Source: a bacterium (GTDB lineage: Bacteria > Bacteroidota > Ignavibacteria > UBA10030). Taken from it: a DNA stretch of 37,656 nucleotides. Positions 1 to 10,560 of this stretch are shown here, piece by piece. The DNA lies in the NCBI GenBank assembly GCA_043803945.1, contig JAZDJN010000046.1, positions 1 to 37,656 of the forward strand. The letters are read 5' to 3'. Both the position numbers and the translations under genes were made by a program. Numbering within the stretch: the first letter of the stretch is position 1; every line of letters begins with the position of its first letter. Under the pieces are notes generated by a model. It was not told the DNA's origin. It did no database searches and saw nothing but the letters and a program-made list of their open reading frames with translations.

Positions 1-163
1 GAATATGAAACCATAAATCTGATTATTTGATTTTTTCCCCTACCCGATGGTGACATTTTCTCAAATCGGGTAATGAAGGTGTCACTCAAAATCGTGACCA
101 GAACAAATCTTCAATTGGTGCTTTTTATAGCAAACTCACTAATTATTCAGAAATCCTTTTTAA

Positions 164-526
164 AATCTCTCCGGGGGACAGAAACAGCGAGCGCTCATAG
201 CTCGCGCATTAGTTGCTGAACCTGACGTATTAATATTAGATGAACCGACGAATGGGATGGATTTATCATCACGAATGGCAATTCTCGAGTTAATTAAAAA
301 GCTGCACAAGGACACTCAGATGACAGTTATTATGGTCAGTCATCTCTTAAGCGATGTTGCAAACGATGTGCAAAAAATTGTCTTGCTTGAAGAAAAGCTA
401 TTTCAGGTCGGTCCGGTTCAAACCGTGTTGACCGCGGAGAATCTTTCCCATATTTATGGAATACCCGTAAAAGTGGGCGAGATTTTTGGTAAAAAGTCTA
501 TCACAACAAGAGATAAGAATGAGTGA
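164..526 (+). pseudogene. 5'-truncated ABC transporter ATP-binding subunit (ZnuC/MntA-like metal transporter), C-terminal half only
   Basis: The frame of ORF 257..526 extends upstream as [33 protein letters not shown] (ABC signature, Walker B, D-loop), with an H-loop (MVSH) later. In-frame TAA at 161-163 directly precedes it, and no Walker A is recognisable in 1-160. Confidence 0.8.
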
Positions 527-1340
527 GACTCAAATACTTCATACCCTCCTGTAAGAATTTCCCTATGCCTTATTAGCCAGCACATTGGCCGGGATACTAT
601 GCGGCTTCCTTGGTGTCTATGTGGTAACGAAGCGGGTTGTGTTTGTAGGAGCTACACTCACTCAGGTTGCTGTGATGGGATTAGCGTTTACACAAATTCC
701 ACTATTCCATATCGATCCTGTAATAGGATCAATTCTCTTCACACTTATCGCCGCAATTCTGGTTTCACGATTAATGGGCAGCCGAGCTGTTCCTCGCGAC
801 AGTGTTCTGGGTGCTGCCTTTATTATTGCTATTGCTCTTCGAATCCTTATCATTCAAAAATCTCCCGCCGCAGATGTTGCTGAAATCGACACCATCTTGA
901 AGGGCGACATTCTCTTTGCAACCCTGGAACAATGCTACCTGATATTTGCTGTGTTCATTCTTGTGATGGGTATGCATTTGCTTTTCAATAAGCTGTTGAT
1001 CTTTGTTGCGCTCGAGGCTGAAACTGCAACCTCGCAAGGATTTCGCGCACCTCTTTGGGAACTAATCTTTTATCTTTCCATCGGTATTCCCGTCTCCATT
1101 GCCACACGGATCGTTAGTGATGTTTTCGTATTCGGGTATTCAACACTTCCAGCTATTGCCGCTATTCTTGTCGCTCACAAAGCACTCTCCATATTCATCG
1201 TCGCGTCTGTCATCGGACTGGTAACTCCATTTCTAGGACTCTACTTCGCTTTCAAGCTGGATTTTCCTGCGGGCCCTACGTCTATTGCAGTGACCTTTAT
1301 CGTCATGCTCATGTGCTATGTTATCGGGAAGTTTCGGTAG
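519..1340 (+). pseudogene. Metal ABC transporter permease (ZnuB/MntB, ABC-3 family) with premature stop
   Basis: ATG 519 overlaps the end of the ATPase and reads [35 protein letters not shown], with in-frame TAA at 552-554. The remainder is hydrophobic with ABC-3-like motifs (GFLGVYVV, LKGDIL, DFPAGP). A restart at TTG near 585 would remove part of TM1. Confidence 0.75.
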
Positions 1341-1596
1341 TGTGCAATGGCAGTATAGCGCATCTATCTTTCACACCAACGGTACGAATATAGTAACGCC
1401 ATCAGATTTCTATGTGACGATAATTCACCAACTTTGAGGGCAGTAGTATTCATACTGCTCCTATCTGGATTCAATGTCTGGTTTGGATTCAAGTATATCA
1501 TTCCTGGAATAATATTCTCTGATTATCAGCTTCTCATTTGAAATGGTGCTTTGCAAGAATTGTCTCGTAATGGAATATGAGGGAGTGAAGAGTATG

Positions 1597-1625
1597 TTGA
1601 TTTTACCTCGATATTTTGATACTTT
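1597..1625 (+). promoter_or_regulatory. Putative sigma70-type promoter for the yqeY operon
   Basis: TTGATT (1597-1602), 17 nt spacer, TACTTT (1620-1625). Confidence 0.45.
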
Positions 1626-1717
1626 TACTCGTGCTCAGAACAAGTTATGCAGTATGCTTTGGTAGGAGCAAGTGTGATAAAGATAAACATCAATTTCGTA
1701 GTTGTGAGAGAAGTCCA

Positions 1718-2167
1718 ATGACATTGAATGATAAAATTACTCAAGATCTTAAAGAGGCGATGAAGGCGGGAGAAAAAATTCGTTTGGAGACACTCCGCAC
1801 ATTGCGAGCGCAGATGATTGAACTCTCAAAACGGGGGAGTGAGTATACAATAACCCAAGATGATGAGATGGCTGTGCTTATTGCGGCAATGAAAAAAAGA
1901 AAAGAAGCGATTGATATTTATGAAAAAGCCGGAAGAACCGATCTTGCGTCGCAGGAAAAACAGGAATTAGAAATTATTTCACATTATTTACCAAAACAGC
2001 TTACAGTTGAAGAAGCCGCCATGATCGTGGCGAAAATTATCACTGATTTGGGTGCCAATTCTTCCAAGGATTTCGGAAAAGTTATGCCTTTAGCTATAAA
2101 GGAATTAAAAGGCAAAATCGACGGTAAAATTGTACAAGAAATTGTGAAAAGTAGATTAAGGAGCTAA
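1718..2167 (+). CDS. yqeY: GatB/YqeY domain protein
   Basis: MTLNDKITQDLKEAMKAGEKIRLETLR...KKRKEAIDIYEKAGRTDLA..E..EL..I..YLP.QL...KDFGKVM...GKIDGK. The family-like sequence begins at ATG 1718 rather than 1616. Confidence 0.92.
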   Translation: MTLNDKITQDLKEAMKAGEKIRLETLRTLRAQMIELSKRGSEYTITQDDEMAVLIAAMKKRKEAIDIYEKAGRTDLASQEKQELEIISHYLPKQLTVEEAAMIVAKIITDLGANSSKDFGKVMPLAIKELKGKIDGKIVQEIVKSRLRS

Positions 2168-2169
2168 CA

Positions 2170-2823
2170 ATGTATTTAGACATTCTCTTTTCATTTGCTT
2201 TAATATTGACAACAGGCCTTGGTTTTCGGGATGGGCTTGTTCGAAAACTTGTTTCGATTGCATTTACTGTTGGCGGAGTATTTCTCGCTCAATATCTGAT
2301 GCACGATGCAGCAGTATTTCTTAAAGAGCAGCTCGTCATGGATGCCTCCGCTGCGCCCATCATAGGCTATTTTATGATTTTTTTCGGCGTACTTTTTATT
2401 CAATCCATCCTCTATCGTGCCATTGCCAAGAGATATAAAATGGGAGGTATCGCTGATAAAATATTTGGTTCTTTCTTTGGCTTGGTTCAGGGAGCGTTCG
2501 TGTTAAGCGTTATTCTGATAATGTTGGCAACCCAAGGCTGGCCTGACAAGAGAACTTCGAAAGAATCCAGACTTTATCCTGCCTTGATCGTCATTGCACC
2601 TCAGATCACTGATGTAGCCGCAAACTTGGAGTCGGATGCAAGAGAATCACTTGACAAAATTTCTCTTCCGGCAGGTTCACAGGAACAGGAAGCGACCCCT
2701 GAACAGAAACCTGCTTCTACTGATGAAGAATTCGCAAATAAAATGCGAGAGAAGATGAAAGAGAGAGATAAGGCTGTCGACTCGCTCTACAAAAATGCCC
2801 GCAACCCCGCCAGGAATAAGTAA
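2170..2823 (+). CDS. cvpA: CvpA (colicin V production) family membrane protein
   Basis: N-terminal LDI...GFRDGLVRKL, DKIFGSFFGLVQG, C-terminal ESRLYP; typical position upstream of mutS2. Confidence 0.85.
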   Translation: MYLDILFSFALILTTGLGFRDGLVRKLVSIAFTVGGVFLAQYLMHDAAVFLKEQLVMDASAAPIIGYFMIFFGVLFIQSILYRAIAKRYKMGGIADKIFGSFFGLVQGAFVLSVILIMLATQGWPDKRTSKESRLYPALIVIAPQITDVAANLESDARESLDKISLPAGSQEQEATPEQKPASTDEEFANKMREKMKERDKAVDSLYKNARNPARNK

Positions 2824-2829
2824 TTCTCT

Positions 2830-5175
2830 ATGCCGGCATTTTCTGCAGCGATACTGAAGCTCGAATTCGATAAGGTTATTGATCGAATCAGTTCGCTTGC
2901 TTCATCGGACAGGGGAAAGCAGCTTGCCCGCCAGATATTTCCATCCACAGATCTCAGTTTTATTGAGGAAGAACTTCGACGCGTATCGGAAGGAAAAGAA
3001 CTTTTAATTGCAGAGGGCACTGTCCCCATCGATGGAGTGAAAAATATTAGTGGATCACTCAAAAAGTGTGTTATTGAAAATCACACTCTTGGAGCAAAAG
3101 AGCTCTATGATATTGCCTCAACATTAACAGCAGCTCGTACTGTTGCGGTATTTTTCCAAAAACGAAAATCAACTGCACCCGAGCTATTCTCTATGGCATC
3201 TGGCATCACCTTCGATCGTGTTCTGGAGCATAACATTCTGGACGCGATCGATGAAGAGGGGCGTGTTAAGGATTCTGCAAGTAAGGATCTTAAAAGAATC
3301 AGGCAGGATATTTTTTCCACTTCTGATATCCTACGAAAACGATTGGCATCGATCCTCCGACGAATCTCAGAGAAAGAAATTGCACAAGAGGAGATAATCA
3401 CAACACGTGACGGCAGGATGGTTATACCAATCAAGGTGGAGCATAAAAATAAGCTGCAGGGATTCATCCATTCTAGCTCCGCTAGTGGTGCTACGGTTTT
3501 TATTGAACCGGCTGAAACGCTGGATATTAATAATTCAATCACTGAACTCCAACTCAGCGAACAGCGGGAAATTTATCGCATTCTCTCAGAATTAACAAAG
3601 CAGATCGCTAAAATTAAGGAGCAGTTAGATACCACACTCTCTCTTCTTGCAGCATTGGATCTTGTTATTGCAAAAGCGAAGTATTCAATCCAAGTGATGG
3701 GAAATCCGCCTCGTCTTCTTCTCGAACCGAGGATATCTCTTTCAGAAGCTAGGCACCCAGTGCTATTACAGAAGCACAAAAGGGAAGAAGTAATTCCTTT
3801 AAATATTAATTTGGGTGGGAAGTATACTACATTTCTTATCACTGGACCAAATGCTGGCGGTAAAAGTGTTGCTATAAAAACGGTTGGGTTAATGGTGCTA
3901 TGCACACAGTCTGGTATACATTTACCAGCTTCTCTTGAATGTGAACTATCAATCTTTAAAAATATTTTTGTTGATATAGGGGATGATCAATCTATAGAAA
4001 ACGACTTAAGCACATTCAGTTCCCATCTGGCTCGTTTGAAAGAAATACTTGACAAAGCCGATGAAAATAGCCTCGTGTTGATAGATGAGATAGGTGCTGG
4101 AACTGATCCTTCAGAAGGGGGAGCACTGGCGGCTGCAGTATTACAATCGCTCGCCGAACGAAAATCTATCTCTATTTCAACTACACATCATGGGATGCTA
4201 AAAGCATTCGCACACTCAACTCCAGGAATGTTAAACTGTTCAATGGAATTTGATCAGTCTACGTTGAAACCAACTTATCAATTTAGGATGGGGATTCCAG
4301 GGAGCAGCTATGCACTTGAGCTTGCGGAAAGACTTGAATTACCAGAGAATATCATATTGAATGCCAGAAAATTAGTCGATTCAAATAAGATCAAGCTTGA
4401 GGATCTGTTATCTGAACTTGAGAAGAAAAATCAGGAGCTTCAAATACAAACCAAAGCGGTTGAGAGAGAACGTAATCACCTAAAGTTTCAACGTCAATCT
4501 TATGAGGAGAAGATCCTCGAACAGAAACGTGAGTTGAAGAAGATACGAAAGAAAGCGGTCGAAGACGCAAATGAAATCCTCTCAAATATCCATTCAACGA
4601 TAGAAAGAGCTATTAGAGAAATTCGTGAATCATCTGCCGATAAAAAGGTTATCCGCGATGCAAAGGAGAGCATAGATACTTTATCAAAACAGATATATGA
4701 ACAAAATCAGACACTTCGCGAGAGTAGTACATCAGGGGTATTAGTAATAGGAGACCATGTAAAAATTAAAGACGGCTCACAGGTTGGTCAAATCGAAGAA
4801 ATTAAAGGTGAAGATATATTTGTTATTTTTAATAATGCAAAACTAAGAGTTAAACGTAATTCACTCGTCAAAGTTGATGAAAAATCTACTACTGGTGTTG
4901 AATCGAAGGAATCAGTCTATCACCCGGAAATTCGTAATGAAATAGATGTCAGAGGGCTTCTCGGCGAAGAAGCCATTCAAGTGATTCAGCGAACACTGGA
5001 CGATGCCGTGGCTCATGGCTTGCACAGAATTGATATCATTCATGGCAAAGGTACCGGTGCTTTGAGAAAACGGGTGGGAGAATTCTTAAAAGAATATCCC
5101 TTTGTTAAGAGCTTCAGATTGGGAGAATGGAATGAAGGAGGGACTGGAGTAACTGTTGTTGAGATTAAAGAATAA
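2830..5175 (+). CDS. mutS2: Endonuclease MutS2
   Basis: LEFDKV start, SASGATVFIEP, ARHP, Walker A ITGPNAGGKS, DIGDDQSIE, LSTFSSH, DEIGAGTDP, C-terminal Smr domain (IDVRG...IIHGKGTGALR...EGGTGVT). Confidence 0.97.
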   Translation: MPAFSAAILKLEFDKVIDRISSLASSDRGKQLARQIFPSTDLSFIEEELRRVSEGKELLIAEGTVPIDGVKNISGSLKKCVIENHTLGAKELYDIASTLTAARTVAVFFQKRKSTAPELFSMASGITFDRVLEHNILDAIDEEGRVKDSASKDLKRIRQDIFSTSDILRKRLASILRRISEKEIAQEEIITTRDGRMVIPIKVEHKNKLQGFIHSSSASGATVFIEPAETLDINNSITELQLSEQREIYRILSELTKQIAKIKEQLDTTLSLLAALDLVIAKAKYSIQVMGNPPRLLLEPRISLSEARHPVLLQKHKREEVIPLNINLGGKYTTFLITGPNAGGKSVAIKTVGLMVLCTQSGIHLPASLECELSIFKNIFVDIGDDQSIENDLSTFSSHLARLKEILDKADENSLVLIDEIGAGTDPSEGGALAAAVLQSLAERKSISISTTHHGMLKAFAHSTPGMLNCSMEFDQSTLKPTYQFRMGIPGSSYALELAERLELPENIILNARKLVDSNKIKLEDLLSELEKKNQELQIQTKAVERERNHLKFQRQSYEEKILEQKRELKKIRKKAVEDANEILSNIHSTIERAIREIRESSADKKVIRDAKESIDTLSKQIYEQNQTLRESSTSGVLVIGDHVKIKDGSQVGQIEEIKGEDIFVIFNNAKLRVKRNSLVKVDEKSTTGVESKESVYHPEIRNEIDVRGLLGEEAIQVIQRTLDDAVAHGLHRIDIIHGKGTGALRKRVGEFLKEYPFVKSFRLGEWNEGGTGVTVVEIKE

Positions 5176-5230
5176 CCAGCAATAATTTGTTATAACTCAT
5201 TAATAATGTTTGAGATAAGAATATATATCA

Positions 5231-7462
5231 ATGTTAAATCAAGAATCAGAAGTCACACTCGAACTTGCGAAAGAGCACGGCTTATCCGAAGAGGAATATC
5301 GCCGGGTAATTAACATCCTTGGAAGGATTCCTACATTTACCGAACTTGGCATATTTAGTGTAATGTGGAGCGAACATTGCAGCTATAAGAACTCTATTGC
5401 GCTATTAAAAACCCTTCCACGCTCAGGGAAAAACCTTCTCGTTAGCGCCGGTGAAGAAAATGCAGGACTTGTAGACATAGGAGACGGTCTTGCTATTGCA
5501 TTTAAGATTGAAAGCCATAACCATCCATCCGCTGTTGAACCTTACCAGGGTGCAGCAACTGGGGTTGGAGGAATTTTACGTGATATTTTTACAATGGGTG
5601 CCAGGCCAATAGCGGCATTGAACTCCTTAAGATTTGGTCAGCTATCAAACAAACGTGTTCAATATTTGTTTAAGAATGTTGTTAAAGGAATCGGTGATTA
5701 CGGTAATAGCTTTGGAGTTCCAACTGTTGCAGGTGAAGTATATTTTGATGAATGTTATACCGGTAATCCTTTAGTAAATGCAATGGCGGTAGGAATTGTG
5801 CGTCATAGCAAGGTTGTAAAAGCCATTGCACAAGGGAAAGACAATCTCGTAATGATCGTAGGTTCATCGACCGGTCGGGATGGAATTCATGGAGCAACAT
5901 TTGCGTCGGAAGAAATATCTGAAGCATCTGAGGCAAAGCGGCCATCCGTTCAAGTTGGAGATCCTTTCACAGAAAAACTCTTGCTCGAAGCAACGCTGGA
6001 GGCAATCGATCAAGGACTCATTATTGGAATACAGGATATGGGAGCTGCTGGATTAACTTGCTCAAGCACAGAGATGAGCGCAAAAGGGAAGTCTGGCATG
6101 ATTCTGGATCTCGATAAAGTCCCATTACGGGAAGATTCGATGAGTGCTTATGAGATTATGCTTTCAGAATCTCAGGAAAGAATGTTACTTGTTATTGAGA
6201 AGCAAAATGAGGTAGCAATAAGAAAAGTCTTTAATAAATGGGACTTACATGCTGAAGTTATAGGAAATATAATAGATGAAGATCGTATCATTATCTATCA
6301 ACATAATCAAAAGATGGCAGATGTACCTGCTAACGCGCTTGTATTAGGAGGTGGAGCCCCAGTCTATCATCGTGATTCTAAGATGGCTGAATATATAAAG
6401 CATGTCAGAGATTTCAAGCCTCAATCGATTACAGAACCAACAAATTATACAGACATCTTAATACAGCTCTTAAGCAGCCATAATATCGCTTCAAAACAAT
6501 GGGTCTATAATCAATATGATTCGATGGTAAGAACAAATACTATTGATCTAAGAGGTGATGCTGCAGTCATCCGAATAAAAGGTACCGAAAAGGCGATTGC
6601 CGTTAAAACTGACAGCAATCCACGATATGTTTATTTGAATCCTCGTAGAGGTGCACAAATAGCTGTAGCTGAAGCGGCCAGAAATGTTGTCTGTACAGGC
6701 GCTAGGCCGATTGCTATAACAAATTGCCTTAATTTTGGAAATCCTTATGATCCTGAAGTGTACTGGCAATTCAGTGAAGCTGTAGCGGGAATGGCTGAAG
6801 CTTGCTGCACATTTGAGACACCAGTTACTGGTGGAAATGTAAGCTTTTATAATGAAAGTCCTGACACTTCTGTCTATCCAACACCAATTATTGGGATGCT
6901 TGGATTGATTGATAAATACACCCATCCTATAGAAAGCGCATTTCCTGAGACTGGATTACATGTGATAATATTGGGTCCGCTTACTGATGAAATTGGCGGT
7001 TCAGAGTATTTGGCTCTGCGAACAGGCAAATGTATAGGAGATGCACCTAATATTGATTTGCAGTATGAAAAACGCCTGCAAAGTTGTTGCCTTGAGTTAA
7101 TTCATAAAGGTCTGGCATTGTCAGCTCACGATTGCTCCGAGGGTGGAATAGCAGTTGCTATTGCAGAATGCGTTCTGAATGCCAGGTCTATCTTAGGAGT
7201 CCAAATTGATAATATTGATCTGCAACAAGGCAGACCAGATTTCATTTTATTTGGAGAAGGGCAATCCAGGATAATTATCTCTGCAAAAGATTCTGAGATT
7301 GAAAAGATAGTCCAAGTGGCAGAGTCTTACAAAGTTGAATGTCAGGTTCTTGGTAAAACCACAACTCAAGATAAATTTTCAATCCAGCCTTACATAGACA
7401 CAGAAGTCACCGAGCTAAGATCTGAGTATTCTAATGCCATTAGAAAAGCAATGGGGGATTAG
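5231..7462 (+). CDS. purL: Phosphoribosylformylglycinamidine synthase subunit PurL (small type)
   Basis: [63 protein letters not shown]. Confidence 0.98.
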   Translation: MLNQESEVTLELAKEHGLSEEEYRRVINILGRIPTFTELGIFSVMWSEHCSYKNSIALLKTLPRSGKNLLVSAGEENAGLVDIGDGLAIAFKIESHNHPSAVEPYQGAATGVGGILRDIFTMGARPIAALNSLRFGQLSNKRVQYLFKNVVKGIGDYGNSFGVPTVAGEVYFDECYTGNPLVNAMAVGIVRHSKVVKAIAQGKDNLVMIVGSSTGRDGIHGATFASEEISEASEAKRPSVQVGDPFTEKLLLEATLEAIDQGLIIGIQDMGAAGLTCSSTEMSAKGKSGMILDLDKVPLREDSMSAYEIMLSESQERMLLVIEKQNEVAIRKVFNKWDLHAEVIGNIIDEDRIIIYQHNQKMADVPANALVLGGGAPVYHRDSKMAEYIKHVRDFKPQSITEPTNYTDILIQLLSSHNIASKQWVYNQYDSMVRTNTIDLRGDAAVIRIKGTEKAIAVKTDSNPRYVYLNPRRGAQIAVAEAARNVVCTGARPIAITNCLNFGNPYDPEVYWQFSEAVAGMAEACCTFETPVTGGNVSFYNESPDTSVYPTPIIGMLGLIDKYTHPIESAFPETGLHVIILGPLTDEIGGSEYLALRTGKCIGDAPNIDLQYEKRLQSCCLELIHKGLALSAHDCSEGGIAVAIAECVLNARSILGVQIDNIDLQQGRPDFILFGEGQSRIIISAKDSEIEKIVQVAESYKVECQVLGKTTTQDKFSIQPYIDTEVTELRSEYSNAIRKAMGD

Positions 7463-7538
7463 GCGGAGAATAAGCAATAATGAGATGTTTTCATGTCTAT
7501 GTAACTTTACATAATATACATTATACAACAAGACTTGT

Positions 7539-8390
7539 TTATTGAAAGAACTCTTGCGTGAAGCTTTTTTTCACGTTAATCACACCTTTGAACACTGTAA
7601 GTGCTGGCCCTCTCAATATTACATTTTTGATTTCTTTTCCTACCGCATCGTAGTCGATAGTTAAAATTTTTCTGCTGCGTGTAACGATCTTTATTGGTGT
7701 ATTTAATTCCCATTCCTGTGCAGCTGTAATAGCGCATGCAATCGAACCGGTTCCACAAGCCAAAGTCTCATCTTCTACACCGCGTTCATATGTCCTCATA
7801 TGAACCGTGCCATCTTTTTTCCTTTCGATGAAATTCACATTCGTTCCTTCTTTGAATAGTGATTTCATATTTCGAATGCTTCTTCCGATATCCAGTACAT
7901 CGACATTCTCAATGCTCATTGTTCTTTTCAAATTTGAGACTACTACTACAACGTGCGGAGATCCGGTGTTTAAAAAAACTGCTTTGATTCGCTTTTTATT
8001 AAATGGTATCTCAAGGTCGAAACAGATATTCGAAGGATTTTTCATAACCAATGACACCTCGTTCCGGCTTACAATAGCTCGATAGATGTGACCCAATGCT
8101 TCAAACCGATGCGCTTTTTTGACAATTCCTTCTTCAAAGGCAAACAACGAAATACATCGCCCTCCATTTCCACACATTCCGCCATAACTGCCATCTGCAT
8201 TGTAATATCTCATTCGAAAATCTGCAATCTTGCTATTTTCAAGCAATAGCAAGCCGTCTGCACCAATTCCCCACTTTCTATCACACAATTTTCGGGCGAC
8301 TTTACCATGCTGTCTAACTAAACTTTCTCTGTTATCAATGACAATAAAATCATTTCCAGCACCAGACATTTTCGTAAAGTGAACGCTCAT
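7539..8390 (-). CDS. dapF: Diaminopimelate epimerase
   Basis: FTKMSGAGNDF, GIGADG, NADGS.GGMCGNGGRC, GSPH, RTYERGVEDETLACGTG. Confidence 0.97.
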   Translation of the reverse strand: MSVHFTKMSGAGNDFIVIDNRESLVRQHGKVARKLCDRKWGIGADGLLLLENSKIADFRMRYYNADGSYGGMCGNGGRCISLFAFEEGIVKKAHRFEALGHIYRAIVSRNEVSLVMKNPSNICFDLEIPFNKKRIKAVFLNTGSPHVVVVVSNLKRTMSIENVDVLDIGRSIRNMKSLFKEGTNVNFIERKKDGTVHMRTYERGVEDETLACGTGSIACAITAAQEWELNTPIKIVTRSRKILTIDYDAVGKEIKNVILRGPALTVFKGVINVKKSFTQEFFQ

Positions 8391-8456
8391 AGTATACCTC
8401 TCAAATCGTTATGATAGATTAAAATAGAAGATTTGTCGTAACAATCAAATAAAAGA

Positions 8457-9701
8457 TTATATCAAGGCAGGATCGTCAGAATGGTGCTTGATGATTCTCG
8501 CATTATCGAGAAACACCACATCTTCGACAATATTTGTCGCGTGATCTACCAAGCGTTCTGAGTCTCGTAAAAGGATCATGATATGAGCTGCTGGAGTAAT
8601 ATTGTCTGAAGCTTCATTCATGCGTTGAAGCATAAGATTGAAATTCTGTTTATCAAGGTTATCAATAAAGTCGTCTTCTAAAAGAATCGTTTTTGCAAGG
8701 TCTGGGTCGTTGTTGACAAAGGAATCAATTGCCTTGGAGATTTCGATAAGGTCGGTCAACAACGTATCCAATCGTGCCGCAGGATGATAAGCCTTCTCCA
8801 CGAACTTTCTATTTACCGCTTTATCGTCAATGGCACCATCGAGCAGCGTTTCCAAAAATCCTTTCAGCGAAAAGATGGGAGTTCGGAGTTCATGAGAAAC
8901 ATTGCCTAGAAATTCCGTCCACACCAGTTCCAATTTTCGCATCTGCTCAATATCCGCCTTGATGGTGTCAGTTATTTGGTTGATCATGCCGGCAAGCTGG
9001 CCAAACTCATCATTGGATTTCACCGGCAGTTTCTGGTCATAGTTGCCAGCTTTAATATCCTTAACGATTCTAGAGATCTCGTTTATAGGTTCTGTAATAG
9101 TTCGACCGATGAAGCGACTGACAAAAATAATTATTAAAAAGACCGCGAGTGCAGCGACAACGATCTTAAATCGAATTTCATAAAGCATCTTATGAATTTC
9201 CTGAAGATTTACTGAAATCCGAATGAATGCTGGCCCCTCCGCTTTTAGATGTAATGTTGGTTGAACGCTGATCATCATAGCAACGTACAGAAACTCCTGG
9301 TTCACGGACTTGCTAAGGCGAATATCAGTTCTGAAAGCTTTCTGTTGAGATTCAAGCATTTCAAGCCTCGTGGAATGGTTCTCAAGCGCAGGTAATGCTG
9401 AGTCTGGCACGGATGAGTCATATGTCACACGCCCACTGGAGTCGATCAAGGTGACCCGAACCTTCTTCATCGAAGAATAAGATTGCAGGTAGGATGCCAT
9501 CCGATGTCGATTGGGTTTGTCTCTCTCGAGATCTCTCAGTGTTGTTTCAACGACTTGTATATCAGAAGCTATATCGGCTTTCAATCGATCAATGAAATAT
9601 CGTTCTATTTCGAGGCTAGAGATGATCCCAATGAGTGTTAGGACGAGTAAAGAAATGAGTATGTAGGTTGCGGTGGATGTTTCAGTTCCACCCTGGGGGG
9701 G
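8457..9701 (-). pseudogene. PhoR-like sensor kinase (TM, sensor, TM, HAMP, HisKA; no HATPase) fused in frame to the C-terminal half of PhoU; 5' end disrupted
   Basis: NHSTRLE-type sensor loop, TM2, HAMP (ITEPINEI...DEFGQLA), H-box FLGNVSHELRTP. After LIEISK the frame switches to AIDSFVNNDPDLAK...DDFIDNL...ERLVDHATNIVEDVVF...IIKHH (PhoU repeat 2). The frame is open from 9701 and includes TM1 (TYILISLLVLTLIGII), but the first in-frame start is TTG 9584. Confidence 0.8.
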
Positions 9702-9888
9702 CTACTCATAGGTTATCGCCATGAACCGAATATATTTAGAATATCTTTCCAAGGTAAGATCTGCTGAATCTGTGCGATCATAAGATTAGTTTTGACAGCA
9801 GCGAGATGCAGTTGAATTACATTATCCATTTCTGCATGGACATCGATAGGATGACAACCTGGACTCAGGAAAACTGATTAGAAAGAGT

Positions 9889-10560
9889 TTAGTAACTGCG
9901 CAGTGATTTGATAGCGACTGATATATCAGAATGAGAAAAGATATATGTTCCTGCGACGAGCACGTTGGCTCCCGCAGCAGTAACTAATGTCGCCGTGGAG
10001 GCATCGATTCCACCATCGACTTCAATATCGAATGAGGCATCCGCTTCTGTTCTTAACGAGCAAAGATCACGTATCTTTTCAATCGATCGGGGGATGAAGC
10101 TCTGACCTCCAAATCCTGGATTGACCGTCATTAGAAGGACCAGATCGACATCATGGAGTACCTCAGAGAGTGTATGACATGGAGTAGCGGGATTCAAGGA
10201 AACTCCCGATTTAGCCCCAAGTTCTCGAATATGATGAAGGGTACGATGGAGGTGATAGCTCGCTTCCTGATGAACCGTGATGATATCAGCACCAGCATCC
10301 CTAAACTTCTCGAGAAAGCGATCGGGATGTTCGATCATTAAATGGACATCCAGTGGAAGCGTTGTGCATTTTCTAATGGCTTTTACAATAAATGGACCCA
10401 TGGTAATATTTGGAACAAAATGACCGTCCATCACATCGATATGGATCCAGTCTGCCCCTCCCTCCTCGGCCATTCTAATTTGATTCGCCAGATGAGAGAA
10501 ATCGGCAGCAAGGAGCGATGGTGCTATGAGTATGGATCTCGACCTAATGTTCTGATTCAT
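9889..10560 (-). CDS. rpe: Ribulose-phosphate 3-epimerase
   Basis: IAPSLLAADF, HIDVMDGHFVPNIT, DVHLMI, MTVNPGFGGQ, IEVDGGI, LVAG. Confidence 0.98.
   Translation of the reverse strand: MNQNIRSRSILIAPSLLAADFSHLANQIRMAEEGGADWIHIDVMDGHFVPNITMGPFIVKAIRKCTTLPLDVHLMIEHPDRFLEKFRDAGADIITVHQEASYHLHRTLHHIRELGAKSGVSLNPATPCHTLSEVLHDVDLVLLMTVNPGFGGQSFIPRSIEKIRDLCSLRTEADASFDIEVDGGIDASTATLVTAAGANVLVAGTYIFSHSDISVAIKSLRSY

Noticed and set aside
1341-1600. Open stretches on both strands in the gap after the permease, including a short hydrophobic run (AVVFILLLSGFNVWFGF)
   Set aside because: No convincing start or RBS and no recognisable family; could be another remnant but cannot be supported
1616-1717. N-terminal extension of yqeY in the ORF track
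   Set aside because: Overlaps the promoter motif; family-like sequence starts at ATG 1718
3600-8400. Apparently more AT-rich codon usage than the infB region, suggesting horizontal transfer
   Set aside because: Impression only, not computed; genes are core and no mobility signals flank them
9780-9800. CTGTCAA on the minus strand upstream of phoR as a Pho box
   Set aside because: Only one half-site, with no 11-bp-spaced partner
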